In this document: positions 52,382-64,000 of the stretch, piece after piece
How the letters are laid out: each line of letters starts with the position of its first letter
Numbering within the stretch: the stretch's first letter is position 1
From: Macrostomum lignano
Lineage: Eukaryota
Assembly (NCBI GenBank): GCA_002269645.1
Contig: NIVC01000208.1
Location: 124,001-188,000, forward strand
Length of the DNA: 64,000 nucleotides
Direction: 5' to 3'
Made by a program: the position numbers and the translations under genes
The notes under the pieces: generated by a model
Database searches by the model: none
What the model saw: only the letters and a program-made list of their open reading frames with translations
Told to the model about the DNA's origin: nothing

Positions 52382-55300
52382 TGTGGTGTTCGTGTGGCCA
52401 AGCAATCTGAAGTTTCTCTTGGCGGTCGCGTGTAATATAAAGAATAAGTATAAGATATTCTATGGGTTTTTCGGTCGGTATTTCACTTAAATCCCTCGAG
52501 CTAAACTACTTTAATTTTGCGGGATGTATTCAGATAAATCCCGGAGCCATACTTGTATGTCTATGGTTGAAGTTGGGGATGGGGGTGTGGGGGCGAAGCC
52601 CCCACATTCTTACCATAGTCCATAGACAATTTTATTAAGAAAGTTCTTGAGTCACGAAAGAAGAGAAGAGAGAAGCTCGCTTATTTAGATACATACAACT
52701 ATCCTTGCAATATGTCCGGGAAAGTGATCGATTAAATCCCGCAAAATAAAATCTATGTCAATAACCTCCATGAAAGTATTTACAAGTATGTTACAAGCAT
52801 AGATAAATGAAAATGAACAGTCAGTCTGGGGATACCACATCCCTCCACCTTTAGTAAAATCAGTTCATTGTAGGGAAACGAATTGGCCTCCTCAGTACAG
52901 TCTGTGGTCTGCAACTCCTCTTCAAAACTTGATCCGTTCAAAATTCTGGACCTTCTGATTACTTTGTTCAATGTCTAATTGAATCTTTCCACCTCCCCAT
53001 TTGCTGCTGGGTGATGCGGAATTATCCGTGAGTGAATTACGCCTTGTCTGTTAAAGTATTCGTCAACGAATTTCGAACAGAAATTTGTTCCGTTGTCTGA
53101 GACGATTTGTTTCTTTGGTCCAAATAGTGAAATCACTTTCTTTAGAATTCGCACTACGTCGCTCGCTTCTGTGCGCTTCATGATGAACACTAGAGGAAAT
53201 CTCGAGTGGTAGTCGATGAAAACTAGCAGGTTGCTACCATTCGGAAGTGGTCCTTTAAAGTCCATTGCCACTTTGTCCCACGGCTTATCCGGAAGTTCCG
53301 TTGGCACAATTGGGATCCGACTTCCTTTTTTCGTTGTGTGGATGCATAACGCTCGTATTGCATTTCTTGCAAAAGATCTCCACGTCTTTGCTTATACCAG
53401 GCCAAAATACGGTACTTCGCAGTCGTTCTTTGGCTTTGGAGATGCCTTGATGTCCTTCATGGGCAATTAACAGAGCTTTTTGTCGCAGACTCTTCGGCAA
53501 GACAATGCGGTCTTCGTACAGGAGAATTCCATTCTGCTCCGACAGCTTATTTCTTTCTGCAAATCAAGTTCCTGATACTGTTGATTCCAATGCCTCAACA
53601 ATTTCATCATCAACCGCAGATTTTTTCAAATCTGCTCTAAGCTCAGAGCTGTGCTCACTGCGCTCTCAAGTTTGCTGTTAATGAATGCGATATCGCGTCG
53701 ATTGTAGAGTGTGTCGTTTGGTGTTTTCACCGATTGTCTCGACAAAATATCTGCCTCGTTGGTGTCGACGAGTTGGTATCTTAAACTTGAATGGTTGCAA
53801 TCTCATTGCCCAACGCTCAATTCTTGGTGGTGGTTATTACCGTGATTATTACCGTTATTACCGTGAATTCGGCTGCTCCTTTGAGAAAGTTTGAAAATTT
53901 CTCGCATCCCCATTTTATTGCCAATGCTTCTCGCTCGATTTGACTGTATCGTGTCTCCACATCTGTGAGAGTTCTACTGGCATAGAAAACTGGCTGCAGA
54001 TTTCCATCTTTCTGCCGCTGAACCAAGATCGCACCAAGACCGACAGGACTAGCGTCTACTCGCATCTGTGTTTCTCGCCATGTTCCAAAGTACGCGAGTG
54101 TTTCTGTTGAGCTGATCGCTACTTTGATGCTGTTGAAAGAAGTCTCTTATTCTGGACCCCATTCCCAGGTCGTTCCTTTCTTCGTGAGGTCATTCAGAGG
54201 CTTTGACAAGGTTGCTAGGTTTGGTACGAATCGAGCAACAAATTGTGCTAGACCAAGAAACGATTTAACTTTACTTGGATTGCACGGTGGTTTGAACATT
54301 TGAATAGCTTCTGTTCTATTCTCATGGATGGTTATTCCCTTCTCGGTCAGAATAAATCCCATAAAAGTGGCTTTACTCATTCCAAATTTGCATTTTTACT
54401 TTCCAGCGGTCATGCCGTTCTCCACGAGCCTTGCTAAGACCTGCTTTGGCCTGTTGATGTGCTCCTTGACGTCCTTTCCATACACAATTATATCATCCTG
54501 AATATTTAGTAGTCCTTGTAAACCAGCCAAAACTTTTGTCATGTCGGCTTGAAGATAGAATGACGAGTTGACCCAACCCATCGGCAATCGTTTGTACCTG
54601 TATAGCGGTTGTCCAGGGATTTCTGTTGAGAACGTTGTCAGATGTCTAGATTCACTGTCCAGTTCAATTTGATGGAACATTTTCTTGCCATCAATGTAGC
54701 TGAAGCAGCTTGCTTCTCCCATATTTGTGAGCTGATCATTTAGAGATGGGATATAGGAAATTGTAGTTTTTTCGCTGCCTCGTTTAACTTTCGTAAGTCA
54801 ACGGTCAGTCGTACCTTACTAGTCTTTCCTTTTGGGACGACAACTAGCCGCGAAAGCCATGCACTGGGACCAGCGACTTTCTCTATGATTCCTGAGTTTT
54901 CCTGCTCTTCCAATTCTTGTAGGTGTGCTTCTCTGATTGGGCAGCTACTCTTGATATCGATTGTGATGTCGGCGTGCTTCCTTCCTTCAGAGCAATGGTC
55001 ACTGCTGGCTGCGTGGTCAATCTACTAACTCCGTGAAATACCTCCAGATGATCTTTCAGAATTCGTTCGATTTCTTCGTTCTTCTTCTCAATCTGATTGA
55101 TCATTATTTGCAGCAGATTTAAATCGATGCTGTCCTGACATCCGAGTATTGTCTCACCGTTGATATTGCACGTCACAGTAAATTTGATTCCCTTCACGCG
55201 AGTCAATTTGGAGTCTCAGCCACCACAACCAGTGTTGTCGTTCCCAAGACTTCCAGCGCCTTTTTCGACATGTAGGCATATAGTCTTGGCTTTTCTGATC

Positions 55301-56520
55301 TGTTTAGGACAGTATCCTTTGACTTCACTGACTCCCATGATTTCATACTTATCAAACTTGCTGAGGATCCGGAGTCAATGAGCACTGTACTCTCAATACC
55401 ATTGATCTTCACTTTGGCTCTTGCGCATTCGTTTGGTCGTTGCCCCTTCGCTCTTCCGGTTGCTCAGACATCTGGATATTTCTGGTGTTTATTCTGCTCC
55501 CTGTCTTTAGACATAGTCTAGATGCTTGCTTGATGTGCCCTTTCTTATGGCAAAATTTGCATTCCATGTTACGAGCGAAACAGTCCCAGGGACGGTGACC
55601 TTTCCTGTTGCATCTGTAGCAGACTCGATCGCACTTGTTTGTGTTTAGAGTTGATGTCCGCTTGTCAGTCTGTTTGAACTGTAGCTTGCTATAACTTGGT
55701 CTGTTGTCGATTTTGCTGACTGTGTTGCGCGCCTCATTGGTTGGTTTTTCAATGTCTTCAGCCTGTGTTTTTGTTGCCTCGAAATTCTTGCTGATGTCTA
55801 CGGCTTTCTTTAAGGTGAGGTCAGAGCCTTCCTTTAGCAGCAGAATCCTTAGCGGCTTTGACGTGCTCTTTAGGACTATCAGATCGCGTAGCAGACAATC
55901 CTCGAAGCTGAGCTTCACTGTGCTCTCATTTCCTAGCTCCTCCAGGCTTGTACTCGACGTGCAAGTTACAGTACTTTGCTGCACTTTTTAGACGACTGTA
56001 GAAGTAATCAAATGGTTCTCCCTCAATCTGGCTAACTGACAGCAGCTTGTACATGTAAGTCTCGTGGACGCTGTTGGTTGCACCTTGGAATGGAAGGCCT
56101 CGTAGCCTTGTTCATAGCTTACAGTCTGCAACAACTTTCGGATTTTCGGCCCTGCTAGAAGCAATAATGTTGCTTGCTTCTTTTTGTCAGCTATTCCTTG
56201 CACTTCCATGAACAGCTCGACTTCCTGCAGATAGTCGTTCCACTTATCTGCATTGTTGAGCGAATCTTCGTCTGGATCGAAATGCTCAATGCTGTAGAAC
56301 TGTGCTGAGGCCATCCTGTACGGTATTTTCTTAATAGTACATCCTCTAGTTGCGAGCGTACATGTAGCTTTTCTCTTTTCACCGCTGCCACCAATGTGGT
56401 GTTCGTGTGGCCAAGCAATCTTAAGTTTCTCTTGGCGGTCGCGTGTATTATAAAGAATAAAATACTCTATGGTACAAGCATAGTTAAATGAAAATGTACA
56501 GTCCGTCTGGGGATACCACA
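52382..56520 (-). mobile_element. Decayed Ty3/Gypsy LTR retrotransposon (Mag-like), both LTRs present
   Basis: 5' LTR 56395-56520 (126 bp, TGTGGT...ACCACA). 3' LTR 52382-52839 with a nested insert. TSD AGTAC at 52377-52381 and 56521-56525. PBS TGGTGGCAGCGGTG (complementary to a tRNA-Leu 3' end, recalled). PPT at 52840-52851. Fragments of gag (KWNDYL..VELFM; two CCHC knuckles), PR (LIDSGS), RT (IQDDII), RNase H (DASPVGLG) and integrase (HEGHQG, DFKGP, NGEVERFN), broken by frameshifts and stops. Confidence 0.95.
52465..52790. mobile_element. ~325-bp palindromic insertion inside the 3' LTR
   Basis: Absent from the 5' LTR. Internal inverted motifs ttttgcggga/tcccgcaaaa, central hairpin gggggcgaagccccc, possible TATG duplication. 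Boundaries approximate. Confidence 0.65.
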
Positions 56521-58059
56521 AGTACTACTAAATGTGATCCATATAACACCTAAGTGTAAACTATATGCGGAGTAAATAAGTATATTTGGGTACCCTTAAA
56601 ATACTGCACCTGGCAGCCCAGTCTTTTATATCGTTAAATGCACGCTTGCATTTATGATTTCATTATTACATGTACCTCTATATCATGCCAAGGACAACTT
56701 AAATTACTTGTTTGAGTCGTCCCTGGCTCCACTATAACTGATTATTTAGACGATAAACCACTACATTTACTTGTACATATAAAATATATACATTTGTCCT
56801 TCGTTGTATGTCCTGTACATCATATATTCAGGTACATATGCATGCTACATGCAGTACGTGCACATAAAAATTATTAAAATACTAGAATGTCGAAAGAATC
56901 CAATTCAATATGAATTAATCCATCGCGATAATAACTTTTTTCGTCAGTTGTTTTAATCACAGTATAACAAACCAAAACTAATTTTGTGATTATGCAGCCT
57001 AATAAAAAAACGCGTGAAAAGTAAAAAAAGCAAAAAATTAGAGCAGTAAAAATACTGCAAAAAATAATGTAATAACATTTGTGTTACTCCTGAAACTAAG
57101 ACCCTTTTAACTTTTTCATTTACTCCGAAATTATATGCATTGAATGGTCTATATTCTAATTATAAATTATTTTCGTCTATATGTTACCAATTATGAAGTT
57201 TGACGTCACGAAAGGTTTCCTTCACTAAAAACAACAAATAAACCACTTTTATTATCTATACGGAGTCCAGAATGATATAAATAACAGTAATATTAAAATT
57301 ACATCAGTTTAAACTACCACTAAATGTCTTGTCCAGGACTCCAGCAGGGCATATCGTAAACGTAGGACAGCCTTAAGATTAGTTATAAGATTTTTTTAAC
57401 TTAAATACTGCATTATGTTATATTATATTATATTATTCAATTTTCACGTTTAATTTTTACTTTTTTGGCCCAGAAAAAGCAGGGCGAAGATTTTATTTAA
57501 TGTTTAATTTCAGTGTAAGGATACATCAGTTTTAGAAAATCTGCTGCATGCATTTAACTACAAAATAAAAATAAAAATATGGCGGTGACAAATTAATTAA
57601 ATTTTGGTTATTTTTTTTAAATTAAACTTTTTTATTATAATTGTACATTTCTTGCATTTTCCCTGGAAAAGTATACCTTTTAAATTTTGCATAGAGACTG
57701 GAGCATTTAAATTGCCACAGGTCATAGTTTTGCAGAAACATAGCTTTCTTTTAAGAAAACATTTTTTATCTTTTAAACCTTAAATATTGAGACACTAAAT
57801 AGCTGCCAACTATAACAAGAGTATTTAGACTTTGAATTAAATTGTGTCATTAAATAACACAGATTTAGTCTACAATATGCAAATAAACTACAGGTTAACC
57901 AATAGTTAAGAATTAAGTTGAGAATAAGCAATCCTGTATGATTTAGAAAGCTAGGATTTTAAATTTTCGTGTGTTTTTGCTTAGCAAAAGTTTTTGACAA
58001 CCCAACTGATAACCATATCAGAGAAGCACTTAAGTTATCGCTTTTATCCTTCATGAATC

Positions 58060-61066
<3,007 letters not shown>

Positions 61067-61449
61067 GTGAGTAGCGTATTTAAAAATCATTCAATTAAAA
61101 TTGAACTAACCGGTGCTTTAACTTGAAATTGAAATAATCTTATTCATCGAATTTTCCTAGAAATGCATGATATATTGGAATGCGCTCGTAAACTTATTTT
61201 CTAACAAGAATATCAACCTATTTCTAATGGTAGAAGTACGCGTTTTGTCAAGTATTTCGATTTTTTTAACTGCATATTTCAGCTTACAAACTTGACCCAA
61301 TGGCTTTGAAACTGTATGCGGAATATGCAGGTGATCATTTAGAGACAATTTGATTTGTCAACCAGTTTAAATGTTTTGCTTTTACCGACATAAATCCCGA
61401 AAACCGCGTTAAAGTATCACTTATCTCATTCCAATGGCATCCAATCCAT

Positions 61450-62090
61450 CCGCGTCACTCCAGTACCACCCACCTCAATCTAGTACCACCCATCTTATTC
61501 CAGTACCCCTCACCCCACTCCAGTCCCACCCACCTGACCCCAGTACCACCCACCTCACTCCAGTACCATCCACCTCACTCCAGTACTACCCACCTCACTC
61601 CAGTACCACCCACCTCACTCCAGTACCACCCACCTCACTCCAGTACCACTCACATCACTCCAGTACCACCCACCTCACTCCAGTACCCCTCACCCCACTC
61701 CAGTCCCACCCACCTCACTCCAGTACCACCCACCTCACTCCAGTACCACCCACCTCACTCCAGTACTACCCACCTCACTCTAGTACCACCCACCTCACTC
61801 CAGTACCATCCACCTCACTCCAGTACTACCCACCTCACTCCAGTACCACCCACCTCACTCCAGTACTACCCACCTCACTCCAGTACCACCCACCTCACTC
61901 CAGTACTACCCACCTCACTCTAGTACCACCCACCTCACTCTAGTACCACCCACCTCACTCCAGTACCACCCACCTCACTCCAGTACCACCCACCTCACTC
62001 TAGTACCACCCACCTCACTCTAGTACCACCCACCTCACTCCAGTACCACCCACCTCACTCCAGTACTACCCACCTCACTCCAGTACCACC
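61450..62090. repeat. 20-bp minisatellite (CAGTACCACCCACCTCACTC) in CFAP251 intron 4
   Basis: Directly visible. Confidence 0.95.
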
Positions 62091-62316
62091 TAGCTTACAT
62101 GTATTACTTACTTTTTTATTAAATTGAACCATAATCCACCCTTAGCTTTTACTGAAAGAAAATTATGCATCTTTAACAATATATTACTAAAGTCCAGTTT
62201 ATAATAAAATATATGCATGAAATTGTTGTCAGGGTTGTTAAATCAGTGTGTAAAAATGGGAGTTTTATGGTGCTTTTGTATTATATTTTGTCGTACACTA
62301 ATATTATTGTTAATGA

Positions 62317-64000
62317 TGTAACCACGCTCTGGTCGCGGGATAGGGCATGGGAACTTTTTTGAAAGTGCCTCCTATCCCGTGCACCCTCTGCACAGAGCTG
62401 TCGAGACTCGGCCAGGTCTCCGACCGGGCCTGGAGACTCCCGCTCTGCTGCACCCCTCCTGCTGCCTTGGTCCCGTCTCTCCTGCCGCCACACCTGCCTT
62501 TCCGGAGCCCCTACCCCTTTCTGTACCTCCCCCTCTACCCTATCTCTTCTGTTCCCGCCCTATTCTTCCTGTACTTTCTCTACCTCCTCCCTTTTTTTGT
62601 CTCCCTCTGCACTCTTTTCCTGCGCTGTCCCCTCTTTCCCTGTGTCTACTTACAGTACTTTGTGTGCTCACCGTCTCCCCATCCCCTCTCAAACTCCCAA
62701 ACGGTGACGCAAGTCGTGTGACCCCTTCTCCCCCTCGGTGACTCATCGATGACTCATCCCCCTCTCTTGCGCAACCTTTTCTCACGCTATTGTTCTCCTT
62801 CCCAAATTTCTCATGTGACACCCACCCCACCTCCGCTTCTATTGTTCTCGTTTTTGCTTCTTTTGTTCTCTCGACCCCCACCAATTATCACATTTTCTCC
62901 GATTTTCTCTTTCTTTTGTTCTCGTTTTCGCACCTAATTATCACCTTTTCTCCAATGTTTACTTTTCCATTGTTCTCAGTTTTCCCCAATTATCCCCGAT
63001 TTCCAATTCCTTTGTTCTCGACCCCAGCCCTATTGTTCTCAATGTTTGCTTGCGCAACACTTTCGCGACCACCCGCTGCGCCAATTATCCCCCACCCCAC
63101 CTCCGGATTGCGCAATTTCCCGATTTCTCATGTTGCTATGCCGGTCTCATGCTTCTCATCATGACTCATTCTGACGTCATTCTGCCGGCAGCCAATCAGA
63201 GAGAGGGAGCCATGGTAACGACCTTGAGGAGGCGGCTGTGAGGTCTATAAAAGGAAGCGATTTCGGCATGAGAATACTCAACTGAGTTTATCTCTGTTCC
63301 TCTCCTCGTCCTTCTTTGGACTTGCTGTCAGATTGAGTTCTGACCCATTCGTCTATAAGACGAATCCCTGCCGGTCCGCGGTCTGTTACCGCCAAGTCAT
63401 CCTTAGCTCCCCAAGTGAGCTCGCCTATCGGCCAGCGGTCTGATACCGCCCAGCATCATCAGCATCGCCTGATCTACATCAGCGCCTCGTCGCTCCAGCG
63501 CATCGCCGCTTCACCGTCTGCCTGACTGCAGCCTACAGCCGCCCTCGGTCACTCCGCCTCTCTCTCTCTCTGTGCAGCTGCCGGTAAGTTCCTGCTACTA
63601 ATTTGTGCTCTAATTGCCTGTGCTTATCCGGGGTTTGCCTATTTTCCATTGTCTGATTAGAGAGCTGAGCCAATTGTGATACCGTATCTTTTGCTGTATT
63701 TTACTCAATAGTGAAGCTGCCTAATTGCCTGCTTATTTGCCTAAGGGCCTAATTATTAACTATTAACTAACTTCATCATTATTCAATCTTTCACCATCAT
63801 TTAACTCATGGCTTGCTAAGCCTTTCTCCCGGGGTGGCAAAGCATAAGGAAGTTTGGGTAAGCTAATGGCCTCTCCCCGTGCAAAGCCCGCCTGTGAGTG
63901 CGTGCTGCGGGGCCGCGTGTGCGTGCAGTAGAGGGATTAGCGAGTCTTGGCACAGAATGGCAGTAGGAAGGTTGCAACCCCATGCTAACGCGTCCCTTCG
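62317..64000 (+). mobile_element. Putative retroelement LTR/leader (unclassified), intronic, runs off the window
   Basis: Begins TGTAACC; CT-rich U3-like region; gccaatcag (~63190); ctataaaagg (~63245); GC-rich leader; donor ccggtaagt (~63582). No coding domain in the window. Confidence 0.35.

Overview
Eukaryotic, intron-containing, repeat-rich animal DNA. The short introns, GC-rich exons and many minisatellites suggest an invertebrate such as the flatworm Macrostomum; this is inference only. The main feature of 1-51 kb is a tandem cluster of about 11 copies of a small two-exon secreted-protein family. Exon 1 encodes a signal peptide plus a 6-Cys PAN/Apple-like module and is nearly identical between copies. 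Exon 2 encodes a Thr/Ala/Ser/Pro mucin-like stalk of very variable length with interchangeable C-termini: a 6-Cys chitin-binding-type-2-like module, a short amphipathic tail, or none. Four copies look intact, one is highly divergent, and the rest are frameshifted, deleted or fragmentary. Interleaved are two intact 4-exon paralogues (401 aa each) encoding signal peptide + PAN-like module + ALK/LTK-type glycine-rich domain, with no TM segment or kinase. Mobile DNA includes a decayed Ty3/Gypsy element with both LTRs, PBS, PPT and a 5-bp TSD, two LINE fragments, two tRNA-derived SINE families, a foldback-like MITE, and a 1.9-kb inverted repeat pair bracketing one intact family member. The right end holds the first four exons of CFAP251/WDR66 with an expanded acidic N-terminal repeat. 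All exon structures were inferred by eye from GT-AG sites, phase consistency and paralogue comparison; no searches were run.
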